Origin: a virus
Virus record (IMG/VR): IMGVR_UViG_3300032268_001605
Location: 75,251 to 139,250 of that record
Length of the DNA stretch: 64,000 nucleotides
Strand: one strand, 5' to 3'
The notes under the pieces are model-generated. The model did no database searches. It saw only the letters and a list, made by a program, of their open reading frames with translations, and was not told the DNA's origin. Numbering within the stretch: position 1 is the first letter of the stretch; each line of letters begins with the position of its first letter. A program made the position numbers and the translations under genes. This document shows, one piece after another, positions 10,681-19,404 of this stretch.

Positions 10681-10977
10681 ACTACTTATCGGTTAAAGAC
10701 TGATAAGTTTCAGGAGACTTCAGCTCCTTCTTTTTTGGACGTTTCGCCGATTTTGCCTGTTAAAACTGGTCTTATTTCATCTCCACGTCTGTAATCGTTG
10801 GTTCCCAACGATATATTTTTAATTCCTTCTTTAAGGATATTTTTACTTGCGTTTAAATCTCTATCTAATTTAGTACTTTTTAAACTTTTTTGAATTATTC
10901 AGTAAAATAATTAACAAATTCATCACACAATCTAAATATTTGTGTGTTTTACGATTAGTAATATAAAATATATATAC
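10678..10977 (-). mobile_element. miniature non-autonomous IS200/IS605 derivative (tnpB 3' remnant, omegaRNA region, right end)
   Basis: Minus strand encodes LDRDLNASKNILKEG (TnpB RuvC-III end); right-end hairpin ACTTATCAGTCTTTAACCGATAAGT followed by AGTTCA; second hairpin CACACAA..TTGTGTG near 10924-10946; left boundary inferred. Confidence 0.8.
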
Positions 10978-10982
10978 ATAAA

Positions 10983-11321
10983 GTGAAAAATCTTTCGGAT
11001 AAAGACATACTGGACTACTTGATGACATCCGAATTCAACGAGGGTTTAACCCCAGATGAGTTCAAATTTTTATTACTTAGATTTAGATATCACTATCGAG
11101 TAATTTATGGTATTAATCAGAATCTAAGGGTTGAATTAGATGGATCGAAAAGATCATTGGATGAAAAAGAAATCATTACAAGAAAAGAGATAGATAATCT
11201 CAACACCGAAATATGGAGAAGTGAAAAAAAATATAATCAATTGATAAATAGAAAACTTACTTGGAAAGAAAGAATAAAAGGAAAAATTATTATACAAGAA
11301 AATGAAATTAGACGAATTTAA
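10983..11321 (+). CDS. coiled-coil hypothetical protein
   Basis: 112-aa ORF, GTG start. Confidence 0.7.
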   Translation: MKNLSDKDILDYLMTSEFNEGLTPDEFKFLLLRFRYHYRVIYGINQNLRVELDGSKRSLDEKEIITRKEIDNLNTEIWRSEKKYNQLINRKLTWKERIKGKIIIQENEIRRI

Positions 11322-12426
11322 AAAATTAGAAAATACCATTCAAAATCAAGATTTTAATAGAAATTACAAGAACATCAATCAGGTGATGCTTTACCTGTCT
11401 ATTTTTGGACAGTTTGCCTCAATTTTTCTTGCTTATTTCTTAGTATCAAAAGTCCTATCTAGTGCCATCGAAAGTCCGGTTTTAGTTTCTATTGCCTCTG
11501 TAATTTTATTGGGTGGACTTGAATTACTTAAGAGAGAAGTCTTCGACAAGTTTAGTTTAAATCAACTTAAAACAAAAAGCTTTTTCACTAAAGATGTTTT
11601 GCCTCTACTTATAACAAGTACTTTCTTGATATCACTTTCATTTTACTCATCCTTAAAGGGAGCAGAGGAGTTCTCATCAAAGGCTGAGGAAATAGAAATA
11701 AAAGCAGACACAACATTGAAAAAATATGAAGATAGTCTGACACTGAAGTTGAATAATGACTTGGCAAAAGTTGACGATGAAATAACACTTCTGAAATCAA
11801 AAATAAATGAGAAGGATAAGGAACAAACTGATATTGAATCTTCCGAACCTATGAGTTATCAACAAAGAAACCGTGTAAAAGATTTAAAACAAGAAAAATC
11901 TGAAATTAAATTAGAAATTACCAAATTAGAAGACTCAAAAAAGGCAATCAAAGATGGATCAATAGTAGAGATTGAAGATTACAAGAACAACATAGACTCC
12001 AAAGTAAAGGATGAGAAAAGGGAAAATAGCACCAACTCATTTTTGTTTGTTATAATATCGACATTAATAGAAATTTTAATTCTTAGTGGTGTATATTTTA
12101 ACCAATACTATATTTACAGAAGTTATGATGATTATAGAAAGAAGATTGAGAAGGATCCAAATTTCCAAAAATGGATAAACTATAACATAGTATTAGATGT
12201 GATATTTAGTTCTGAGACTAAAATAAACGACAGATTACCATCAAATAAAACAATTCAAGAGTTATGTAAGGTGAATGGATTGATATTATTGAATAAAGAT
12301 ATGATAGAACTCACCAAGCTTTTTGTTTCCTTAGGTATAGTTAAGACTTCTGGTAGTAGTAAATATATATCAAAATCGAAAGAAAATTCACAAGAATCTT
12401 TAAGAATATATTTCAAAATTGATTAA
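11302..12426 (+). CDS. membrane protein with 4 TM segments and a long coiled coil
   Basis: Three hydrophobic helices, charged heptad region, fourth helix. Confidence 0.75.
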   Translation: MKLDEFKKLENTIQNQDFNRNYKNINQVMLYLSIFGQFASIFLAYFLVSKVLSSAIESPVLVSIASVILLGGLELLKREVFDKFSLNQLKTKSFFTKDVLPLLITSTFLISLSFYSSLKGAEEFSSKAEEIEIKADTTLKKYEDSLTLKLNNDLAKVDDEITLLKSKINEKDKEQTDIESSEPMSYQQRNRVKDLKQEKSEIKLEITKLEDSKKAIKDGSIVEIEDYKNNIDSKVKDEKRENSTNSFLFVIISTLIEILILSGVYFNQYYIYRSYDDYRKKIEKDPNFQKWINYNIVLDVIFSSETKINDRLPSNKTIQELCKVNGLILLNKDMIELTKLFVSLGIVKTSGSSKYISKSKENSQESLRIYFKID

Positions 12427-12476
12427 AAATGAGTGAGAGAAACATATTTTAATATATAAAAAAAAAATATTAAGCT

Positions 12477-12707
12477 ATGTTGAAAGAAAATGTCGACCAT
12501 TTAGATAACTATGACGAATTGTTAGCTATTTTGATAAACGAAGTTGAAGTTGATGGAAAAAAAGTTTACCTCAAAGAAGAATTCGAAAAGTTTTTTGTCA
12601 AAGGTAACAAAACTGCTGGAACAAGAGTCAGAAAAATTATGCAATTTTTAAGAAAGAAAGCCGAAAATATCAGAAAAGATATTCAGAATTACAAAAAAGA
12701 CATCTAA
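12477..12707 (+). CDS. histone H1-like (Hc1 family, Bacteroidota type) protein
   Basis: KGNKTAGTRVRK motif (family pattern GNKAAGTRARK). Confidence 0.75.
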   Translation: MLKENVDHLDNYDELLAILINEVEVDGKKVYLKEEFEKFFVKGNKTAGTRVRKIMQFLRKKAENIRKDIQNYKKDI

Positions 12708-12743
12708 AATAAAACTCCACAAATTTGTGGAGTTTTATTTTTT
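12707..12743. terminator. intrinsic terminator
   Basis: AAATAAAACTCCACAA-AT-TTGTGGAGTTTTATTT inverted repeat with T tract. Confidence 0.85.
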
Positions 12744-12777
12744 TATATATAGAAACAAAATCAAATTATAATTCAAG

Positions 12778-13356
12778 ATGAAAAAATTCAGCACTGTCAT
12801 AAATCAGAAAATATCTGAAGAACCAAGACCACAAATAAATGTTCAGGAACAAAAAATTAATTTATTAAGAGAGAAGCTAGTAAAATTGATGAATGATTTT
12901 CTCAAAATTCAAGGTTCGGGTGCAGCTCGTAGCGAGCTAGTAAATAGTGCTATTTCAATAACTGGTCAAGAAAACTTAGCTGATGCAATAATTGATTTGA
13001 TATCAAATGAATTCGGGGAAGAGAAAATTAACCTATTAGAGTCTCTTAAATTTGAAATCAATGACTGGTACACACTAGATAGTAAAATTCATCAGATTAA
13101 CGAGGGAATCATCAATGAAAAAAATCAAAAAGACTTGAATCTCGAAAAAAAATTAATCTCATTTTTAGAAATTTATAGTGATGATAGAGAATTTGAAGTA
13201 ATTGCTGAAAACTATTCAAAAAGAATTAAAAACAATAGAGAAATTCAGAATAGAATTATTGTAGCAGAATCTATCCTTAATGACACAAAATATAATAGGA
13301 TTCAAAAGGATAAAATCAAAAGTCTGATACAAATTTTCAAAAAAAGAATTTCCTAA
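12778..13356 (+). CDS. hypothetical protein
   Basis: 192-aa ORF, TATATA upstream. Confidence 0.7.
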   Translation: MKKFSTVINQKISEEPRPQINVQEQKINLLREKLVKLMNDFLKIQGSGAARSELVNSAISITGQENLADAIIDLISNEFGEEKINLLESLKFEINDWYTLDSKIHQINEGIINEKNQKDLNLEKKLISFLEIYSDDREFEVIAENYSKRIKNNREIQNRIIVAESILNDTKYNRIQKDKIKSLIQIFKKRIS

Positions 13357-13359
13357 AAG

Positions 13360-13947
13360 TTGCAACAGATAAATCTACTCAATCAGTTTTTTGATTTAAT
13401 TTTTGTTGAAAAATTAGAAGGTAAACTTAATTTTTCTAAGACAATAAAGAACAAAAACTCTTTCAAGATAGTAGACGAATATGTTGAATATAAATTAGAT
13501 ACAATAAAACTTGATACAATATTCCAAAATTTAATCAAGGACTTAAGTAATTTCAAAAAAATCAATAAGATTAAATCAAGATTCGATAAACGAAATTTTA
13601 TTGAAAAAATTCTTTTTAAGAATGATTACACAAATATTTTCAAAAAAATCAAGTTAATATCACAGAATTATTCATGGATAATCATTCCAACAAAACATCT
13701 GAATATAATTACCAAATCTGACTTTTACGTCGAAAATAGTGAAAACAGACTATCACACAACCCACTAATAAGTTGTGTTGGTAAGTTTGAAAATTTGAAT
13801 CTATATCTTAATCCAAATGTGGAATCTGATAAACTCATCTTTGGTAATTATGATTCGGCTACAATCCTGGTAAAAATAGAAAACGAACTTGAAGTTGGTT
13901 ATACACTGTTGGAAAACACCGAAATCACTGAATTACAAATCATTTAA
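13360..13947 (+). CDS. hypothetical protein
   Basis: 195-aa ORF, TTG start. Confidence 0.6.
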   Translation: MQQINLLNQFFDLIFVEKLEGKLNFSKTIKNKNSFKIVDEYVEYKLDTIKLDTIFQNLIKDLSNFKKINKIKSRFDKRNFIEKILFKNDYTNIFKKIKLISQNYSWIIIPTKHLNIITKSDFYVENSENRLSHNPLISCVGKFENLNLYLNPNVESDKLIFGNYDSATILVKIENELEVGYTLLENTEITELQII

Positions 13948-14883
13948 TATATCATCGATAAAAGAATCTCTTAATACGCTAATTGTCTCAAAGTCTCTAA
14001 AATAGTAGAATCTGTTTTTATCAAAATCATTCTTGATTTCAATCCTTAGAGATCCGCCATCTAAACTAGATGATAACACTTCATAGACATTATTCAATGT
14101 TAATTCTTCCAAATTCTCGGAATTTACACTTATACATTTTACTCTATCACCATTTTGAATTGAAAGAATTCTCTTTCTTAATTCATTCTTCAAAGTCAGA
14201 CTTAGATGCTCTAAATTCACTTTTCTAAAATCAGAGTCACCTTCGCTTAACTTCTCAACTACAAAATCAATAATTGATTTAGTTCTTTGGACTTCTTTAG
14301 AAATAGACAAGTCTGGATCTGATAAAAGTTTAGTATACCAATTCTTTACTCTACCAATATTTTGCTCCTCTATTTCAATTTCATTCTGAATGCAATAGTT
14401 TGCGATTATAGCAGAAGAACGGAATAGATTGTCACCATATCTTTTCTTACTCCTTCTATTAGGATTTTCGCCACTTAGTGTGAGCCATCTAGGTGAATTG
14501 ATGAATTTTTGGAAACTAGCTTTAGTTTTATTTCTGAAAACTTTTTTCGCATCTTCATCGATAGAAAATTTCAGTAGAATATTTTGTAAATCCAAATTTT
14601 TTATTTTTTTCTTATAAAAAACTTCTTGTTCGAATCTTTGTGTATTCAAAATAAAATCAATGAAATCTAAATAAATGTGCAATTTATAGGTTCTTGCTTC
14701 GTCTCTAACATTCCGGATTAAATCTTCATTTTGATTATAGGCTGCCGTATACAAAATACCATTTGCAATGAACTCATATTTTTTTTGATTCAGATTTTTG
14801 TATTCTTCAAGTATTGGGAATAGTTTGATTGACTTTTCCAATTTTATTAAATTCAATTGTATAATTTCTGATGTAAGTTTCAT
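13933..14883 (-). CDS. hypothetical protein with C-terminal small beta-barrel-like domain
   Basis: Likely start ATG 14883 downstream of a host-type promoter; C-terminal GDRVKCI...LRDSFIDDIL. Confidence 0.7.
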   Translation of the reverse strand: MKLTSEIIQLNLIKLEKSIKLFPILEEYKNLNQKKYEFIANGILYTAAYNQNEDLIRNVRDEARTYKLHIYLDFIDFILNTQRFEQEVFYKKKIKNLDLQNILLKFSIDEDAKKVFRNKTKASFQKFINSPRWLTLSGENPNRRSKKRYGDNLFRSSAIIANYCIQNEIEIEEQNIGRVKNWYTKLLSDPDLSISKEVQRTKSIIDFVVEKLSEGDSDFRKVNLEHLSLTLKNELRKRILSIQNGDRVKCISVNSENLEELTLNNVYEVLSSSLDGGSLRIEIKNDFDKNRFYYFRDFETISVLRDSFIDDILNDL

Positions 14884-14896
14884 GTGTAATTTTTTA

Positions 14897-14928
14897 CAAA
14901 TATATTTATTATTTACCAAACTACCAAA
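14897..14928 (-). promoter_or_regulatory. Bacteroidota sigma-A type promoter
   Basis: TTTG-N20-TATATTTG. Confidence 0.75.
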
Positions 14929-14978
14929 TTTTTTTCAAAGTTTAATTTACCATCTGTAAATCTTAATATATACTAAAT

Positions 14979-16370
14979 ATGAAAAAGTATTCTGAAACTT
15001 TTATTAATAACATTGATGTACTCAAACATGCTCGTATTGGTATGGAATTCGAGTTCTATATGACAGACCTGTCTTATTATAAAACACTCGAACTTCTAAA
15101 TCAATATTTAGCACCCGTAAAGGTTTGGGGATTTAGACAATATCACTCAGACTTTACGCCTGATGCTCAAAATTTCAAAATTGAACCAGATTTGTCTGGT
15201 GGATCAAATATGGTTGAGTTAGTAACAGGACCGATGGATTATTTTTCAGCTAAACATTACCTTGTCAAGATAATCAAATTTATACAAGACTATGGATACA
15301 CAAATGAGAAATCATCTATTCACTTTAATATTTCCTTCGACGAGAGTATTGATAAAAATCTAAATAGCTTAAACATACTTAAATTAATACTTTCGATTGA
15401 CGAAGATGAGATTTATAGGGTTTATCCATCAAGAAAAGGTAATGTTTATGCCAAGAGTGTAAAGAAAATTATCCCATTCAAGGAATTTGACTTCAACAGT
15501 ATAAGCACTGAGATTGTAAAAAACACACTCAGACTACCAAATGATAAATATTATGGTATAAACTTTTTACATATTAATAATTCCAGAGACAGTCAAAGAT
15601 TAGAGTTTCGCTATATTGGTGGAAAGGAATATGAAAAAAACACAGGGCAGTTAATTTATTTTATGGATAGATTTATAATAGATACTTATAAATCTATTGG
15701 AACAAGTTTTACAAATGATGAAATGTTGGAACTAGAAGAAATTTTAAGTATGAATATAAGTAATTTTAAGAATCTTTCTAAATATGACAACTTCATCATT
15801 GATTTTCCGGGTATTGTTTTACAAGTAGATCAAAATTATATTTATGACTTGATAAATGCTTATTACCCAAGAATGTATTCAAAATTATTTACACTGATAG
15901 ATTCTACTGATTCATTGAAAGATTGCATTATTAACTACACTACAGCAACTCAAAGATTTGAAATTGTTGATGCTCAAGTCAAAATTACACAAAATATCAA
16001 TGATTTTGATTTTATAAACTGTACAATACAGGATGGGATATTCGAAAATTGCCATTTTGTTAACTCAGAAATTAATAATTGTCAGATTGTAAAATCAAAA
16101 CTACATGGTACAGAAGTAAATAAAACAAAACTACTCAATTGTAATGTCGAAGCTTCAATAATCAAAGACTGTTTTTTCATGAATGGTTATTTGAATAGTG
16201 ATATGATTGGTGGTGTATTTAGAAGTGGCAAATTAGGCCCTTATGCAAACATCAGCTCTGAGACCAAGATTGTGACACAGGGTGGTAATTTCTTTGATAC
16301 GAGTTATGACGATGATGAAAAATATGACTACAAAAAAGATAAAGGTGTGATTAGTGCCTTTAAAAAATAG
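14979..16370 (+). CDS. putative amidoligase (COOH-NH2 ligase) with C-terminal beta-helix repeats
   Basis: GMEFEF, D.S, ELVT, SSIHFNIS, KYYGINF, LEFRYIGG motifs; pentapeptide-like C-terminal repeats. Confidence 0.75.
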   Translation: MKKYSETFINNIDVLKHARIGMEFEFYMTDLSYYKTLELLNQYLAPVKVWGFRQYHSDFTPDAQNFKIEPDLSGGSNMVELVTGPMDYFSAKHYLVKIIKFIQDYGYTNEKSSIHFNISFDESIDKNLNSLNILKLILSIDEDEIYRVYPSRKGNVYAKSVKKIIPFKEFDFNSISTEIVKNTLRLPNDKYYGINFLHINNSRDSQRLEFRYIGGKEYEKNTGQLIYFMDRFIIDTYKSIGTSFTNDEMLELEEILSMNISNFKNLSKYDNFIIDFPGIVLQVDQNYIYDLINAYYPRMYSKLFTLIDSTDSLKDCIINYTTATQRFEIVDAQVKITQNINDFDFINCTIQDGIFENCHFVNSEINNCQIVKSKLHGTEVNKTKLLNCNVEASIIKDCFFMNGYLNSDMIGGVFRSGKLGPYANISSETKIVTQGGNFFDTSYDDDEKYDYKKDKGVISAFKK

Positions 16371-16372
16371 AC

Positions 16373-17252
16373 TTATGAATTATATCTTTTTAATAATTCA
16401 TCTGATGTTATATCAGATTTCGAACCCTTTTTCAGATTTTCATCTTTGGTAATAACTCTAAGATTGTGATGAGATGCTATTATTCTATAGTCTATGTTAT
16501 TGATAAATCCATCCGATATGGAATATATGTGATCTATATGAAATTTTTTTGAGTCATTTAATTTCAATTTACTATTTTCAATTTTTTCTAAATTTTTATT
16601 GAAATTGAATCTAGTTAAATATCTCACTTTTTTATTGTATATTTTAAACCTTTTAATTTTTTCAATTGGTATTCTCTGTGATTCATAATAACAATATCTA
16701 CAAATTCTCCTGACTCTGAAGCTACACCATTTAATTTCAAAATTGTGTCCATTACAACAAGTCAAATTCAATTCGGCAAACTTATTGGAGCCTTTTATTG
16801 AATTTAATATGAAATCAAATTCTTTGACTGAATTACTGACGTTCTCAAAATATGATGAATTGATTCTTTTTATTTTTGACAGAATCTTTTTTTGAAGGAT
16901 TGTTCTCACCACGATTTCTTTCTCTAAGAGATTCTTTCATCTTATACATTTTACTACTATCAAATAATTCTGACCAAGTTCTTTTATCTCCGAATCTTGG
17001 ATTTTTCTCACCTGTCATTTGACAAGTTCGACAAATTTGTATTTTTTCATTTACAGTACTGGATCTCTTCTCACTCAAGTGCTCTCTGGTTATGTTGTAA
17101 ACTTTATTTGGTGTTCTACATTCAATTTTATCGCAAATATAGGATACTTTGTATCTTTGAGATCCTCTATCATATAATGAACTCAATGGTAAAATTTCGT
17201 ATCCTAAAATCTTCTTTTTTTCTTTTATTGGTTTGTAAATTGATATTATCAT
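16373..17252 (-). pseudogene. HNH homing endonuclease split by a +1 frameshift (pseudogene or recoded)
   Basis: Upstream ORF has CxxxxC/CxxC and NPRFG/NNPSK repeats; downstream frame has HIDHIYS...NLRVI..DENLKK; junction ATA TTT TGA G at 16853-16844. Confidence 0.7.
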
Positions 17253-17348
17253 AAACATATATATAAATTCGCACAATGTTCCTGATGGATTTTAAAATAA
17301 AAATAAAATAATTTTTTTATATATAGTCTTATAAAAAAAATTATTAAA

Positions 17349-18842
17349 ATGGAAATAAAAAAATTTGGTAAATTCTACTTAATTCAAGAAGAAGAGGCTG
17401 CTGCTAGAATGCCTGTATCGGAATCATACTGGAAAGCTAAAGGTAAGAGTGGTAAAAATGTAGCTTTATACACCCACGATGATCTAGATGGTATTTTCAG
17501 CGCGTTAGAAATGAAAAAGTGGCTCCTAAACAAAGGATTTACAATTGTAAAATATGGCATCTTAAATTATTCAGATGGTTGGAAATACACAACTCTAGAT
17601 CCAACACTAATTAATGTTGTTTTGGACTTTGCAAATATGCCTGGTGATGAAAGAGATGAATTAGTTGATTACTACTTAGATCACCACGGACTTTTCAGTG
17701 AAGAGGATAAATTGAAGTATAGAGATAAACCTGTACAGAAAATCAAATCTGATTCAGCTTATGAAGCAGTGTGTTTAGCTTTAGGTACACCACAAGATGA
17801 TTTAGTTGCATCGGTAATAAAAATGATTGACGCAGCAAAATATACTGAGTATGGTGTGTCTTGGCAGAGACTTTTGGATTTCAATTTATCTGAAATAAAG
17901 AAGTCTCCAAAAGTAAGATTAGAATTCGCTGCTGCCTTTAACCAGTTCCTAAAAAGAAGCGATACTAAAACAATTATTTCAGTAATTGACAATTGTAAAG
18001 ACGTTTCAATTTACTCAATCTATAATGTAATGTCTAAAGTATCACCCTATCACAACATTCCTAAAAGAGGACCGATGGCTGGGGAAATTGTTGATTTTAG
18101 AACAGATGCTCAAGGTAGGTTAGCTAAAATGCAAAAGATGACTAGAGGTGAATACTCAGACGTTGAAACAGAGACTGGGGAAATAATGAAGATGAAAAAG
18201 ATTTATAAGAGTCAAGCAGAATTTTTGGGAGACTTTCAACAAGGAACAAAAATAAAATTACCTGGCTATCAAATAGTTGGTAAATTAGCCTTTGTACCTA
18301 CTGGAACTTGGGCAAACGCTTTAAGAGCTAGGTCTATAATTGAAAAGGATTTTCAAGATGGATTAATTTCTCAAGAACCTGATTTTATACTACTACAATA
18401 TGGAGGTACATTACAAGTTTGTTCATACAAAAAAATGTCCGAAATACAACAATTACCTATATTGAAAAGTGGTGCGGTTGTTAACGATTTAGGTGTATAT
18501 ATGACTAGTTTATTGGATAATTTCAGACAACATTTGGGTTACTACGATCCTGATACATCAACCGGACAAGATGAAATCACCGTATCGGGTGGGCATGGGG
18601 GTATTGGATCGATTTCAAATATTTTTGGTGAATGTAAGGTATCTAGTTGTAATGGATCTAGATTCATTGATATGTTCAAGAATAAAATTATTACTGACTT
18701 ATCTGGAGTTGTCTTTAATATAAATCTCAAATGGGGTGATGCTACTGAGAGCAAAATGAAAGAACCTGAACAGGATTACAAGGTGATACCAACTAGTCAA
18801 GTCACTAAACTAGACAAATATGGAAATGTGACAACTTTTTAA
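17349..18842 (+). CDS. DHH-family phosphoesterase
   Basis: HDDLDG, VLDF, LDHHG and C-terminal GGHGG motifs. Confidence 0.85.
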   Translation: MEIKKFGKFYLIQEEEAAARMPVSESYWKAKGKSGKNVALYTHDDLDGIFSALEMKKWLLNKGFTIVKYGILNYSDGWKYTTLDPTLINVVLDFANMPGDERDELVDYYLDHHGLFSEEDKLKYRDKPVQKIKSDSAYEAVCLALGTPQDDLVASVIKMIDAAKYTEYGVSWQRLLDFNLSEIKKSPKVRLEFAAAFNQFLKRSDTKTIISVIDNCKDVSIYSIYNVMSKVSPYHNIPKRGPMAGEIVDFRTDAQGRLAKMQKMTRGEYSDVETETGEIMKMKKIYKSQAEFLGDFQQGTKIKLPGYQIVGKLAFVPTGTWANALRARSIIEKDFQDGLISQEPDFILLQYGGTLQVCSYKKMSEIQQLPILKSGAVVNDLGVYMTSLLDNFRQHLGYYDPDTSTGQDEITVSGGHGGIGSISNIFGECKVSSCNGSRFIDMFKNKIITDLSGVVFNINLKWGDATESKMKEPEQDYKVIPTSQVTKLDKYGNVTTF

Positions 18843-18845
18843 CAT

Positions 18846-18872
18846 AAAAACCACAGAATCTCTGTGGTTTTT
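18846..18872 (+). terminator. intrinsic terminator
   Basis: AAAAACCACAGA-ATC-TCTGTGGTTTTT. Confidence 0.85.
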
Positions 18873-18960
18873 CTTTTTTTTCTAAAGAGGAAGAGTAAAA
18901 ATAAATAAATAATATGTATTTACAAATTAAATTGTAAAATATCACTATTTAATTAAATTA

Positions 18961-19353
18961 ATGGAATTTTTTTGTGTTTATGTAAAAACGAGAAAGAAGC
19001 TTGATAAATATATCAAAGTGAATCGAATTAGAAACAAATATATCATAGATATAAAGAAGATAATAGAGGAAGAAGAAATTGCTTTCGATGTAGAGAAAAC
19101 CTATCTCAAGATAATTATTTTTCAAAAAATACAACAGGCTATTGAAAAAAAGAAGGATATTTATTATGTGCCTGATTTCGACAGCGATTTTTCAATTGAA
19201 AAGTTAATTAATATAAGAAAAATTCTCGGAGAAAAAAATGGTTTCAATGTTCTACTTTTTTACAATGAATTTAGAAGAAATCAGGAAACTCTGGATGAGT
19301 TATTTTCAAATCTTTCTAAATTCAACTCATCACAAATAATCAGAGATTATTAA
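18961..19353 (+). CDS. hypothetical protein
   Basis: 130-aa ORF. Confidence 0.7.
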   Translation: MEFFCVYVKTRKKLDKYIKVNRIRNKYIIDIKKIIEEEEIAFDVEKTYLKIIIFQKIQQAIEKKKDIYYVPDFDSDFSIEKLINIRKILGEKNGFNVLLFYNEFRRNQETLDELFSNLSKFNSSQIIRDY

Positions 19354-19404
19354 TCTTAGGAATTATTCAAGTTTTAATATATATTTTAAAACATAGTAAG
19401 AATA

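Noticed and set aside
10786-10801. Similarity of TCTGTAATCGTTGG in the IS remnant to the hairpin loop TCTGAATCGTTGC
   Set aside because: Short gapped match within tnpB coding remnant; compatible with chance
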